IMG/VR virus record: IMGVR_UViG_3300017917_001616
Span: 10,983 to 74,982 of that record
Strand: one strand, 5' to 3'
Source of the DNA: a virus
DNA length: 64,000 bases
Part shown: positions 45,359 through 55,886 of the stretch, one piece after another
Position numbering within the stretch: position 1 is the stretch's first letter
Layout of the letters: each line of letters begins with the position of its first letter
Made by a program: the position numbers and the translations under genes
The notes under the pieces: model-generated
The model's database searches: none
Seen by the model: only the letters and a program-made list of their open reading frames with translations
What the model was told of the DNA's origin: nothing

Positions 45359-46018
45359 ATGGCAACTACACGTATTAGTAAAATGAAAGTAAAGCAAGGT
45401 AATTTTGCAGATTTGCCTTTGTTAGATGCGGGCGAGTTTGGATATGCAAAAGACCAACGTAGATTATTCATAGGCAACGATACGATTGCAGTAGGCACAG
45501 GTAACGGGTCTACCACTGCATTTGTTCTTCCTGTGGATTTTAGTAATCACAACGTTATCGGTGTTTACTTAAACGGAACAATTACAACTGCATACACTAT
45601 ATCTGGAACTACAATAACATTTAACACTGCACCAGGATCAGGTGTTGCCATTACTGCAAAGTTCAATGGTGAACTTGACTTCTTAAACGATATTGTAACA
45701 CCTAGCAGTATTCAGTTAGCTGCAAATGGATCTGCAGCAAACACAGGCTTTAGTTTTAATACAACTGTTGCGGATGTGTGTATTATTGATTACACACTAA
45801 AATCAGCAAATGGACTTAGAGTAGGTCAATTGCGTATCGCAGTAAACACAACGGGGCCTACTGCAGCTATTGATGACAACTATACTGAAGTAGGCACAGT
45901 TGATATATCATTCGGAACTAACGTTGCAACTGCAAATACACTAAGATTGACATATACAGATAATGCCAACGCCGTAGCAAAATTCAAATATACATATCAA
46001 CTTTGGAACAGCAATTAA
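45359..46018 (+). CDS. Putative tail/fibre-associated structural protein
   Basis: LP.L.AGEFGYA.D.RRLFIG motif. Confidence 0.65.
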   Translation: MATTRISKMKVKQGNFADLPLLDAGEFGYAKDQRRLFIGNDTIAVGTGNGSTTAFVLPVDFSNHNVIGVYLNGTITTAYTISGTTITFNTAPGSGVAITAKFNGELDFLNDIVTPSSIQLAANGSAANTGFSFNTTVADVCIIDYTLKSANGLRVGQLRIAVNTTGPTAAIDDNYTEVGTVDISFGTNVATANTLRLTYTDNANAVAKFKYTYQLWNSN

Positions 46019-46458
46019 GACATAGAGCATGGTTTGAATCTCCTAGCGTAAGATTAAATCGCTGGAGAGAATTCAGACGTGGATTAGATACAACAAACAC
46101 ACTTGATGTGTGTAAGACTGTAGTGACTTGGTGGGAGACTGCACCGTTGGTTAGTATAACTATCGATCCTGTCGACTGCCGTCAGTGGCCAACTCCTTGG
46201 GAAATGTTACACCAAGGAGATTTTTGTGAAAATAGTTTAGCGTTAGGAATGGCATACACAATATATTATGCTAATCAAGAAATACCAAACGAACTAGTTT
46301 ATGTAACATGCAATGGCAGAAGTTTCCAAAAACTTTGTGCCTTAATAGATAATAAACACTTGCTTAATTATGAGCGAGGAACGATAAGTAGTTTTCACGA
46401 CAGCGAATGTTCGATATCTTATCGTATTTCCGTTAACGATATTATAAAAAATTTATAA
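46003..46458 (+). CDS. Hypothetical protein
   Basis: WPTPWE conserved family. Confidence 0.6.
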   Translation: MEQQLRHRAWFESPSVRLNRWREFRRGLDTTNTLDVCKTVVTWWETAPLVSITIDPVDCRQWPTPWEMLHQGDFCENSLALGMAYTIYYANQEIPNELVYVTCNGRSFQKLCALIDNKHLLNYERGTISSFHDSECSISYRISVNDIIKNL

Positions 46459-46522
46459 TTTAAACCTTGCGTTATACTAACGCATAGGAAGCCTATTTTA
46501 TTCTAAAAGGGAAAAGTATGTT

Positions 46523-48835
46523 ATGAGCAATATACAAGTAATTAAACGAAATGGTTCGAAAGAAATTTTAAACTTAGACAAGCTACACAAAGTAGTATTC
46601 CACGCCTGCGAAGGCATATCCGGCGTTAGCCCCAGCGAAGTTGAATTAAAAAGTGCTATTCAATTTTACAATGGCATCACAACTGACGAAATTCAAGAAA
46701 CTTTAATAAAAGCTGCGGCAGATTTAATTAGTGAAGAAACACCAAACTATCAATCTGTTGCAGGCAGACTAATTGTATACCACCTACGTAAAATGGTATA
46801 CGGATCATACGAACCATGCCACATACTTGAGCTTATTAAGAGAAACATTGCAGAAGGATTTTACGATCCAGAATTGCTCACTGCATACACTGAAAATGAA
46901 TGGAACGAATTAAATAGCTACGTAAGACACGACAGAGACGAATCACTAACCTATGTTAGCATGGAACAGTGGCGTGGAAAGTATCTTGTTCAAAACAGAG
47001 TGACAAACGAGATAAAAGAAACGCCCCAAATGGCATACATGCTGATAGCAGCAACGCTATTCAGTAATTATCCAACTGAAACCCGTCTCCGCTGGGTGAA
47101 GGATTATTACGATGCTATTAGTATGCACGATATTAGTTTGCCTACTCCTATTATGGCGGGAGTCAGAACTCCGCAAAGGCAATTTTCTAGTTGCGTTCTC
47201 ATTGAAACTGGCGATTCTCTCGATAGTATTAACGCTACTACTAGCAGTATCGTTAAGTATGTATCTCAAAAAGCAGGGATTGGTATCGGAGCAGGATCAA
47301 TTAGAGCTATTGGCTCCCCAATTCGTAAAGGAGATGCTTACCACACAGGAGTAATTCCTTTTTATAAAATGTTCCAGGCAGCAACTCGTTCTTGCAGCCA
47401 AGGCGGCGTCCGCAATGGTGCAGCTACATTATATTACCCTATATGGCATTTAGAAGTCGAAGATTTACTTGTTTTGAAAAACAATAAAGGCATCGAGGAT
47501 AACCGTGTTCGTCATATGGACTACGGGGTTCAGTTTAACAAGCTAATGTATGAGCGTCTAATCACTGGCGGTAATATTACACTGTTTTCGCCGAGCGATG
47601 TTCCCGGACTTTACGATGCGTTCTTTGCTGACCAAGATAAGTTTAAAGAACTATACGAAACTGCTGAACGCAATACAAGACTACGTAAGAAGGTAGTTAG
47701 TGCATTAGAACTTTTCAGTTCATTTATGAGCGAACGTAAAGATACTGGTCGCATTTACTTAATGAATGTTGACCATGCAAACACACACGGTTCGTTTAAA
47801 CCTGATCTTGCACCAATTAAGCAAAGCAACCTTTGCACTGAAATCGACTTACCGACCAAGCCGTTGAATGATTTCAACGATGAAGAAGGTGAAATTGCAC
47901 TTTGCACTCTGTCGGCAATTAATTGGGGTAATATCAAAAAACCTTCCGACTTTGCAAAAATATGCGAACTTGCTGTCCGTGGACTAGACGCATTGTTAAG
48001 TTACCAGAGCTATCCTGTTAAAGCAGCATACCGTGCAACAATGGGTAGACGTCCATTGGGTATTGGTATCATTAACCTTGCATACTGGATGGCTAAAAAT
48101 GACATGACTTATAGCAATCCAAATCTAGCAATGATTGACGAGTATGCAGAGGCTTGGAGTTATTACCTAATTAAAGCTAGTGCCGATTTGGCGGCAGAGC
48201 AAGGTGCATGTATATGGAACGATCAGACAAAGTATAGTGATGGTATATTGCCAATTGATACTTATAAGCGTGATGTCGACGAACTCGTTGCACATCAAGA
48301 ACGCATGGATTGGGACGGTTTAAGAAAACAATTGCGTAACACTGGTATTCGCAATTCAACTCTTATGGCGCTAATGCCAGCAGAAACATCTGCACAGATT
48401 TCAAACTCAACAAACGGCATCGAACCTCCACGCTCCTTAGTGTCAGTGAAGCAGTCAAAGCACGGCGTATTGAAACAAGTTGTGCCTGGTATTCATAAAC
48501 TAAAAAACAAATACGAATTACTATGGGAGCAAAAGAGTCCAGAAGGCTATCTAAAGATTATGGCAATACTACAAAAATATATTGACCAAGGTATCTCTGT
48601 AAACACTTCTTATAATCCACAGTTTTTCGAAGACGAAAAAATTCCGATGTCTACAATGATCCAGCACATGTTAATGTTCTATAAGTATGGCGGCAAACAA
48701 TTGTATTACTTCAATACATATGACGGCGCAGGCGAAATTGACATTGACAAATTTGCACAATCAAATATAGTGGTCGAAACAGAAAATGTAAATGGTTTCG
48801 CAGATGAAGCCGCTTGCGATAGTTGCACAATTTAA
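46523..48835 (+). CDS. nrdA: Class Ia ribonucleotide reductase alpha subunit
   Basis: ATP cone, PTPIM, FSSC, SNLCTEI, C-terminal CxxC. Confidence 0.97.
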   Translation: MSNIQVIKRNGSKEILNLDKLHKVVFHACEGISGVSPSEVELKSAIQFYNGITTDEIQETLIKAAADLISEETPNYQSVAGRLIVYHLRKMVYGSYEPCHILELIKRNIAEGFYDPELLTAYTENEWNELNSYVRHDRDESLTYVSMEQWRGKYLVQNRVTNEIKETPQMAYMLIAATLFSNYPTETRLRWVKDYYDAISMHDISLPTPIMAGVRTPQRQFSSCVLIETGDSLDSINATTSSIVKYVSQKAGIGIGAGSIRAIGSPIRKGDAYHTGVIPFYKMFQAATRSCSQGGVRNGAATLYYPIWHLEVEDLLVLKNNKGIEDNRVRHMDYGVQFNKLMYERLITGGNITLFSPSDVPGLYDAFFADQDKFKELYETAERNTRLRKKVVSALELFSSFMSERKDTGRIYLMNVDHANTHGSFKPDLAPIKQSNLCTEIDLPTKPLNDFNDEEGEIALCTLSAINWGNIKKPSDFAKICELAVRGLDALLSYQSYPVKAAYRATMGRRPLGIGIINLAYWMAKNDMTYSNPNLAMIDEYAEAWSYYLIKASADLAAEQGACIWNDQTKYSDGILPIDTYKRDVDELVAHQERMDWDGLRKQLRNTGIRNSTLMALMPAETSAQISNSTNGIEPPRSLVSVKQSKHGVLKQVVPGIHKLKNKYELLWEQKSPEGYLKIMAILQKYIDQGISVNTSYNPQFFEDEKIPMSTMIQHMLMFYKYGGKQLYYFNTYDGAGEIDIDKFAQSNIVVETENVNGFADEAACDSCTI

Positions 48836-48844
48836 GGAAACATT

Positions 48845-49975
48845 ATGACATCAGTATTTGATATTAACAACAAAAGTGATCACACAACAGTAAAGGCCTT
48901 CCTCGATCCAAGCGGAGGGCCAACTATTCAACGTTACGATACAATGAAGTATCCTAGCTTTGACAAGTTTACAGATAAGCAGTTGGGGTTCTTTTGGCGT
49001 CCCGAAGAAGTAGATGTTATGAAGGATGCAAAAGACTTCAAAGCACTTACAGAACACGAACAACATATTTTTACATCAAACCTAAAGCGTCAAATTCTAC
49101 TTGATTCTGTGCAAGGTCGAGCACCAGTCGAAGCCTTCGGCAGTATTGTTAGTCTGCCTGAACTTGAAAACTGGATTATGACTTGGACTTTCAGCGAAAC
49201 AATTCATAGTCGCAGTTATACTCATATTATTCGAAACATTTATAGTAATCCTAGTAAAATTTTCGATGGGATGATGGACATCGAAGAAATCGTTGATTGT
49301 GCAGAAGACATTTCTAAAAATTATGATGAACTAATTGAGCTTGCAGGTTACTACAACCTATTAGGCGAAGGAACACACACTGTAAATGGCAACACAGTTG
49401 TTGTGGATCTATATGAACTAAAAAAGAAGCTATGGCTTGCACTTATGAGTGTAAACATTCTTGAAGGCGTTCGTTTCTATGTTAGCTTTGCATGTAGCTG
49501 GGCATTTGCTGAATTGAAAAAGATGGAAGGCAATGCTAAGATCATCAAGCTAATTGCTCGTGATGAAAACTTGCATCTTGGTAGCACACAGTTGCTACTA
49601 AAAACACTACGCAAGGACGATTCTGATTTCGAGAAAATTGCAGTTGAAACAGAAGAAGCGTGTATCAAAATGTTTGTTGACGCAGTTGAGCAAGAAAAAG
49701 CATGGGCAGAATACTTGTTTAAAGACGGTAGCATGTTAGGCCTTAACAAGCAATTACTATGCGAATATATTGAACATATTGCAGCAAAGCGTATGTCGCA
49801 TGTATCTTTGCCTAAAGTATACAGCCAAGCAACCAACCCACTACCATGGACACAAAAATGGATTGCTGGGGCAGAAGTCCAAGTTGCACCACAAGAAACC
49901 GAGATTAGTTCGTATACTATCGGTGCAGTTAAACAAGATGTTAGTGGCGACACATTTAAAGGATTTAGTCTATAA
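48845..49975 (+). CDS. nrdB: Class Ia ribonucleotide reductase beta subunit
   Basis: FFWRPEE, ETIHSRSY, EGVRFY, DENLH. Confidence 0.97.
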   Translation: MTSVFDINNKSDHTTVKAFLDPSGGPTIQRYDTMKYPSFDKFTDKQLGFFWRPEEVDVMKDAKDFKALTEHEQHIFTSNLKRQILLDSVQGRAPVEAFGSIVSLPELENWIMTWTFSETIHSRSYTHIIRNIYSNPSKIFDGMMDIEEIVDCAEDISKNYDELIELAGYYNLLGEGTHTVNGNTVVVDLYELKKKLWLALMSVNILEGVRFYVSFACSWAFAELKKMEGNAKIIKLIARDENLHLGSTQLLLKTLRKDDSDFEKIAVETEEACIKMFVDAVEQEKAWAEYLFKDGSMLGLNKQLLCEYIEHIAAKRMSHVSLPKVYSQATNPLPWTQKWIAGAEVQVAPQETEISSYTIGAVKQDVSGDTFKGFSL

Positions 49976-50108
49976 TGGAAATATTGCTAGGAATGCTTAT
50001 TGCATGGTTAGTGCCAAGACCGGCATTTATCGGCAAGATCGAAAGAGCTATTTGGGAACCAGTTAAACAAAAGTTACCAGATAGCTTTAGAAAGTTATGG
50101 GGATAAAA

Positions 50109-50372
50109 ATGATTACAGTTTATAGTAAAGCAGGATGCGGGTATTGTGACCTTGCAAAAAACTATCTTACTAAAAATAATATTCAATTCGAAGAAATTAG
50201 AGTTGACCTGGACGCTGCTCAACGAGAGTGGATTATGGCGCAAGGACACAAGACTGTTCCACAAATTTATTATAAAGGAAAGGTTTTAGTTGAAGGCGGC
50301 GGCATGCCATTGAGCAAGATGAATCCAGCAGAGGTAAAACAATTAATGGAAAATATTGATGCTCAATCTTAA
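50109..50372 (+). CDS. Glutaredoxin
   Basis: CGYC, TVPQI. Confidence 0.9.
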   Translation: MITVYSKAGCGYCDLAKNYLTKNNIQFEEIRVDLDAAQREWIMAQGHKTVPQIYYKGKVLVEGGGMPLSKMNPAEVKQLMENIDAQS

Positions 50373-50682
50373 ACCAACTTATGTTGTAAATGACGTAGTC
50401 ACACTTAAATTAGTTACCGGTGAAGAAATTATCGGTAAACTAATCGAAAATAAAGCCGATGCGTTGACACTCACTCGGCCATTGGTCTTTACAGTTAATC
50501 CACAAAATGGTCAAGCAATGCTTATTCCGTGGTTAATGAGTATCGATCCTAAGGATACTACGCCTATCGACATTTACAAAAACAATGTTGTTATGGTTAC
50601 AAAAACAGTTAAACAAATATCTGACAATTATACACAAGCTACATCTGGTATTGTAGCAGCACCTGCAGGTCTTGTTCTGTAA
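50356..50682 (+). CDS. Sm-like fold hypothetical protein
   Basis: TLKLVTGEEIIGK motif. Confidence 0.6.
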   Translation: MMLNLKPTYVVNDVVTLKLVTGEEIIGKLIENKADALTLTRPLVFTVNPQNGQAMLIPWLMSIDPKDTTPIDIYKNNVVMVTKTVKQISDNYTQATSGIVAAPAGLVL

Positions 50683-50693
50683 TAAATATATGC

Positions 50694-50981
50694 ATGGGAT
50701 ACGTGCATAGAGACAGGGATTCGAGAAGTTGCGGCGCACAAACTATCGCAACAGGTGTTAACGTTAGAGTAAACGGTAAAACTGTTGCAGTAGATGGTGA
50801 TAAAAATACACACGGCGGCGGTGCGCTAATTACATCTAATCCAAAAATTCGAATCGGTGGGAAGCCAATTATTGTTTTAAACGATAATGCTTCCCCTGAC
50901 CGATTATGCCCGATAGTCGGCCCGCCTCATTGCAATCCTAAGGCAACAGGTGCAAGTGGCAATGTAAGAGCAGGTGGATAA
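50694..50981 (+). CDS. PAAR-like baseplate spike tip protein
   Basis: HR..D...CGA, V.VNG, HC.P....S.NV. Confidence 0.75.
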   Translation: MGYVHRDRDSRSCGAQTIATGVNVRVNGKTVAVDGDKNTHGGGALITSNPKIRIGGKPIIVLNDNASPDRLCPIVGPPHCNPKATGASGNVRAGG

Positions 50982-50983
50982 CA

Positions 50984-52549
50984 ATGACTACATTTACAGA
51001 TTTCCAAGCAGGTTTGCAAAATGCAAACGATTATTTAGATGCAACACAATTTGGCGGGGGTATTGGTATAGATGCCGGCCCTGTGAAAATTATTGCATCG
51101 GCTGAGTATAGTTTTACACTCAGAGAACTTATTTGTGGATTGCTAAGTGGTAGCGGGTTTAAGTTGCCTAACTTGCAAATTTGTATGTATGCTAACATAC
51201 AAGAATTACTAGGTTTGCCAAACTTACAAGCTGCATTGTATTCTGCGTTAGACAAACTTGCAGGTGCATTGCAGTCATTTATGGATCACACTAAAATAGA
51301 TGATATTTTAGGCAGACTAAATGCCATTATTGCAGAGGCTCAAAACGTTGCAGCAATGATTAACTTTTGTGCTTCTCCTGTAAATCCTATTGCTATTCCA
51401 AATATTATCGGAAATGCGTTTGGTAGTTTTCTCGGTGCAGGCAAAGCTATAATTGATCAGATCGGCAGTATTGTTCCAGGTCAAGTATGCGGTTGCTTAA
51501 GCACAGGCGGATTTAATACCGGCGTGTTCAATGGCGGTATTTTAGGAACAATTGCAGACAACTTTGAAGCTGTTAGCCTTGGAACTTTAAGTCAAAGTGT
51601 TATTGACAGCATCACAAATGACGTAAATGTTGTTGCAGATGCTATATCTAACATAATTAGTTTTGAGAACAATATACTAGGTTCTTATAACACAGGCGGC
51701 AGCAACTTTACTTCTGGAGCATGTAATACTGAAGTAGGTGTAATGTATAACTCTGGCGGATCGATAACATCAACTGCTAGTGTTGTTTCATCCCTGAAAA
51801 GTGTTTACGATAATCTAGCATCGTATCCTGTTACTTACAAGTATAATTACAACCCAGTGACCGGCGGTCCGTTATTTACAAATACACAAACTGTTATCGG
51901 TGAGCCAATAACATACCCTAACATATTTCACTTATTAGTAGAACCTGAGATTTTAGATATCTTAGACAGAGACGACGAACCTAATCCTAATATATCTCAG
52001 CAGGTGCCTATATATGATTATTGTGGAACTATAACCGGTTACCGAACTGTTTACTCACAAAAGCAAACTGAAAGAAGCACAGGCGCAGAACCTGTTGAAT
52101 CTACCAATCCGGGCTTCAACGGCGGCGACATAGTAACTACAACACCGCTTACTTCTACTAGTGCAGTTATACAAACAGATACAGTTTCGGGCAGCGATCC
52201 TTATACAAAATATTCTATTAAAACCGTCGGTGCTTCACAGTCTGTGGTAAAATTTGACAATGTAGAGATGACACCTGCTTTAAATAAAATATGGTCTTAT
52301 ACCGTAGAAGCTGTTGGATCAAATAATGCAAGAACTGAATTGCAAAAAATAAAAATAGAAGGCGTTGTTCAAAATAATAACGGCGGATATGTCTTACCAG
52401 TGACTCCTACTAAAACATATACCTTTTCTAATGCAAACGGGTGGGATATAGACACAGTAATAGATAACGGTCAGTTCAAAATTTATGCGAACGGGTCTGC
52501 TACCGCAGATGTTACATGGTCATTAAAGTTTTCGTATATCGAACTTTAA
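50984..52549 (+). CDS. Putative baseplate/tail structural protein
   Basis: Follows PAAR; Gly/Thr-rich. Confidence 0.5.
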   Translation: MTTFTDFQAGLQNANDYLDATQFGGGIGIDAGPVKIIASAEYSFTLRELICGLLSGSGFKLPNLQICMYANIQELLGLPNLQAALYSALDKLAGALQSFMDHTKIDDILGRLNAIIAEAQNVAAMINFCASPVNPIAIPNIIGNAFGSFLGAGKAIIDQIGSIVPGQVCGCLSTGGFNTGVFNGGILGTIADNFEAVSLGTLSQSVIDSITNDVNVVADAISNIISFENNILGSYNTGGSNFTSGACNTEVGVMYNSGGSITSTASVVSSLKSVYDNLASYPVTYKYNYNPVTGGPLFTNTQTVIGEPITYPNIFHLLVEPEILDILDRDDEPNPNISQQVPIYDYCGTITGYRTVYSQKQTERSTGAEPVESTNPGFNGGDIVTTTPLTSTSAVIQTDTVSGSDPYTKYSIKTVGASQSVVKFDNVEMTPALNKIWSYTVEAVGSNNARTELQKIKIEGVVQNNNGGYVLPVTPTKTYTFSNANGWDIDTVIDNGQFKIYANGSATADVTWSLKFSYIEL

Positions 52550-52679
52550 ATAAATACTATAACCAAACATTATTGGTTGACAAGTAAGTCATCTTGCCAT
52601 AGTATCTTAATACAAGATAATCATGGAGAGATGTCATGGCACATCAGAATTTAACATATTGGCAACGAAAGGCATAACT

Positions 52680-52970
52680 ATGAGGTCAAAAGATACTGGC
52701 ACTGGGCGAAAGATTTTAGCTAAAGTAGAAGTCCCACTTAGCGTAAAAGATATTACTGTATATGCATTGCGATATCTAGATGATATCGGCGACAATGATA
52801 TGCAAGACACACTACTCCAAAGCAATAAACGAGAAATTTTTGGATTTGCGAAAAACGCAATTTTTCGTTGGGGAACAGAAGAACCCCATGTTTACGTGAA
52901 AAATAAACTCAATGGGCATTTTTCTGGCATGGAGCAAATTGTAAAACATAAGTTTCCTGAATGTGACTGA
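52680..52970 (+). CDS. Hypothetical protein
   Basis: Likely start MRSKDTG. Confidence 0.6.
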   Translation: MRSKDTGTGRKILAKVEVPLSVKDITVYALRYLDDIGDNDMQDTLLQSNKREIFGFAKNAIFRWGTEEPHVYVKNKLNGHFSGMEQIVKHKFPECD

Positions 52971-53775
52971 ACTAATTGTTTTTTGCTTTCAAAGAACTGG
53001 ATCGAGTGTATTTGGCAAATGGTTAACAGACGCAGGGTTTGTTGATCTCAAAGAAATATATGCAGTTGGGTTTGATTATCAAATCTTAGAAATACCAGAT
53101 TCTGGCGAAGCAACCACCGAAGAATACATAAAACACTGCAACGATTTTAGTTGTATTCAATGTCATGAATTTTACGACAAATATCTACGTATGATTTCTG
53201 CATTTGATAAGTTGCACTCACCTAAAAAATTCTTATATAAAATGTTTTTAAGTTGGCATTCATTTTACTGCCAACAATCGTTTTATAAAGAATACATAAA
53301 AGATAAGAAAAAAGTTTTATTAATTAGAAAAGATTTTATCGATTGGGTGACTTCTATAGCACTACAAAACGCTAACATATACTTAGGACATCAACAAAAT
53401 TATGATGATGTAACAATTGATGTGGCAAGTAAATTACTAGATGATTTGCTATATGGTTTCGAATCATTGATTCGTCATGTCGAACATATCGATTATATTA
53501 TTGTTTATGAAGATGTTATTCGTGATAAACTGTTTGATGCAGAGTTAGAAAATATATTTGGAATTTTACAAAATTTCGATGAACATGTAGCAGTAATAGA
53601 CAACCCTTATAAATTAAAAAAACAATATGTAACTAACTTTGAACAATTTTCAAAATCAATGTTAGAGACCGGATACGTTGACAAATATAAAGAAATTCTA
53701 CATGACGTGTATCGAACGTATGCAGTAAACGGCAAGACAACAATCATCGGAAATCTGCTTGACAAACGAGTATAA
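52963..53775 (+). CDS. Sulfotransferase-like protein
   Basis: PSB-like QRTGSS, R...S, YED. Confidence 0.55.
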   Translation: MTELIVFCFQRTGSSVFGKWLTDAGFVDLKEIYAVGFDYQILEIPDSGEATTEEYIKHCNDFSCIQCHEFYDKYLRMISAFDKLHSPKKFLYKMFLSWHSFYCQQSFYKEYIKDKKKVLLIRKDFIDWVTSIALQNANIYLGHQQNYDDVTIDVASKLLDDLLYGFESLIRHVEHIDYIIVYEDVIRDKLFDAELENIFGILQNFDEHVAVIDNPYKLKKQYVTNFEQFSKSMLETGYVDKYKEILHDVYRTYAVNGKTTIIGNLLDKRV

Positions 53776-53815
53776 GTAAATTATATTATACTTTACTGTA
53801 TAAGGAGTAATAGCG

Positions 53816-54037
53816 ATGGCAACTTTCGAAGTAGAAACCATTTATTATACTTCCCAAGGTGGGGTCAAGACTAAAGAGTGTGATCTGTTTGATAACAGAA
53901 AAAATGCTCTTGCATATATGCGGTCCAAACTAAGTAGATCAGAAATGATCAAGCAAGGTGATGTAAAGGACGGCGTTGTTAAATTACTAGATGACCGTGG
54001 CAATTTACGGCAGGTAGTAAAGTTTGGAACGCTGTAA
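53816..54037 (+). CDS. Hypothetical protein
   Basis: aaggag RBS. Confidence 0.6.
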   Translation: MATFEVETIYYTSQGGVKTKECDLFDNRKNALAYMRSKLSRSEMIKQGDVKDGVVKLLDDRGNLRQVVKFGTL

Positions 54038-54060
54038 GGCTTTCGTGCATAAATAAATGC

Positions 54061-54999
54061 ATGAGAGTTTTTGAAGTTACATCCCAACCAATTAATGAGG
54101 GTCCAAACGATCCTTACATCTTTAAAGCAGTCTTTATGGCTGGCGGCCCAGGTAGTGGCAAAAGTTACGTTGCTGGAAAATTGCTAGGAGGATATCCTGG
54201 TCTTAAAATGTTAAACAGCGATGACGTATATGAAATTTTTATGAAAAAGGCTGGCATGGAATTAGATCCTGCCAGCATTTTTAGTCCCCAAGGTCAAGAA
54301 ATTCGTAACCGTGCAAAGCAAACAAGTGCTACACAAGACGACTTATATAAACTAGGTCGCCTTGGAATGGTAATCGATGGCACAGGTAAAGACGCAGACA
54401 AAATTGCAACATTGAAAGCAAGATTGGATGCATTGGGATACGACACAATGATGATATATGTAAACACATCATTGGATGTTGCACAAGAACGTAATCGTCA
54501 ACGTTTACGTAGTTTAGATCCTAAAGAAGTTGAAAAAATGTGGAGTGCAGTCCAAAATAATATCGGACGTTTCCAGCGTATGTTTGGCAATGATATGATT
54601 ATTTTTGATAGCACGGAAGGATTTGAAGCAGATCCTGACCAAGTAAAAAATGCACAAACAAAAATTAGAGAATTTTTATCTTCACCTGTTAGCAAAAAAC
54701 AAGCTAAAGATTGGATTGCAAACGCAGATAAAACTCAAGCAAACTTTGGTAGTAAATCACCAGATGAGAAAAAAGCAGCAATTGCAGCTACTAGAAAACC
54801 AGAACCAAATACTAACCAAGAACCAAAGCAAGAATCAATAACAGAAGCACAGTTTGATGAAGCAGCAGGTGAAAAAGACGCTTGCTATCACAAAGTTAAA
54901 TCTCGCTATAAAGTATGGCCAAGTGCATATGCTTCCGGTGCGTTAGCAAAGTGTCGCAAAGTCGGCGCCAAGAACTGGGGCAATAAGAGTAAAGACTGA
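54061..54999 (+). CDS. P-loop kinase (zeta-toxin/AAA_33-like) with C-terminal Cys module
   Basis: GGPGSGKS, IDGTG, RN..R.R; DACYHKVK..WPSAYASG. Confidence 0.75.
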   Translation: MRVFEVTSQPINEGPNDPYIFKAVFMAGGPGSGKSYVAGKLLGGYPGLKMLNSDDVYEIFMKKAGMELDPASIFSPQGQEIRNRAKQTSATQDDLYKLGRLGMVIDGTGKDADKIATLKARLDALGYDTMMIYVNTSLDVAQERNRQRLRSLDPKEVEKMWSAVQNNIGRFQRMFGNDMIIFDSTEGFEADPDQVKNAQTKIREFLSSPVSKKQAKDWIANADKTQANFGSKSPDEKKAAIAATRKPEPNTNQEPKQESITEAQFDEAAGEKDACYHKVKSRYKVWPSAYASGALAKCRKVGAKNWGNKSKD

Positions 55000-55253
55000 T
55001 GTTAATAGAAGAAATAGTAACAGAAGACTTACGTAAATGGTTCAAGCAAAAATGGGTCAGATTTGGCCCAGACGGAAAAGTTCGTGGTCCTTGCGCTCGG
55101 GGAGATGATAGCGAAGGTAAGCCTAAGTGCTTACCGCAAAGTAAAGCATATGCGTTAGGAAAAAAAGGCAGAGCTAAAGCAGCTCGTCGTAAACGCAGAG
55201 AAGATCCTAATCCAGAGAGACGTGGTCCTGCTAAAAATGTAGCAACAAAATAA
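54999..55253 (+). CDS. Small basic Cys-containing phage protein
   Basis: LRKWFKQKWV..C...KPKCLP. Confidence 0.6.
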   Translation: MLIEEIVTEDLRKWFKQKWVRFGPDGKVRGPCARGDDSEGKPKCLPQSKAYALGKKGRAKAARRKRREDPNPERRGPAKNVATK

Positions 55254-55265
55254 AGGATTTGTAAA

Positions 55266-55472
55266 ATGAACAATGCAACAGATATTCAAACTTGGATTGA
55301 CAATTACACCTTTGTAGATAACGGAACTACTAGCAGAGATATATTGTCTCAAATTGTTCCGCATTTTAGTAATCACGGGTTTCGATACGGCCCAACTGTT
55401 GCCGGTGGCTATACATTAAGTATTAACGGCCCTATATTAACACAAGATTTTGTAATCAAAGCAGACAACTAA
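55266..55472 (+). CDS. Hypothetical protein
   Basis: aagga RBS. Confidence 0.5.
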   Translation: MNNATDIQTWIDNYTFVDNGTTSRDILSQIVPHFSNHGFRYGPTVAGGYTLSINGPILTQDFVIKADN

Positions 55473-55535
55473 TACAGTCGAGCTATAAAAATCCTTATTT
55501 GTCTATAAATATTAAGAGACAGAGGATTATAACAA

Positions 55536-55883
55536 ATGTATGAATATAAATGTTTTGTTATCCGTGTAGTAGACGGATGCACAGTTGACGCTCAAATTGA
55601 TTTAGGATTTAATGTTCTAATCAGACAACGTATTAAGTTATACGGAATCAATTGCGAAGATATCAAAAGCACAGACGAGTCTATTAGACAAAAAGCTGTT
55701 GCATCTAAAAACAGATTAACAGACCTATTAGGTAAAGAATTTATTTGTCAAACAATCATGAATAAACGTGGTAAAGCTGGTAGAACATTAGGACATGTAT
55801 TTACAGAAGATGAAAACGGTGTTAAAATAGACATTAACCAAAAAATGATAGATGACGGTTACGCTGTTACATACGGAGAATAA
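55536..55883 (+). CDS. Thermonuclease (SNase)-like protein
   Basis: RVVDG.TVD..IDLGF; catalytic residues look altered. Confidence 0.7.
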   Translation: MYEYKCFVIRVVDGCTVDAQIDLGFNVLIRQRIKLYGINCEDIKSTDESIRQKAVASKNRLTDLLGKEFICQTIMNKRGKAGRTLGHVFTEDENGVKIDINQKMIDDGYAVTYGE

Positions 55884-55886
55884 TAT

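Noticed and set aside
46523-49975. Introns or inteins in nrdA/nrdB
   Set aside because: Both are continuous and of normal length.
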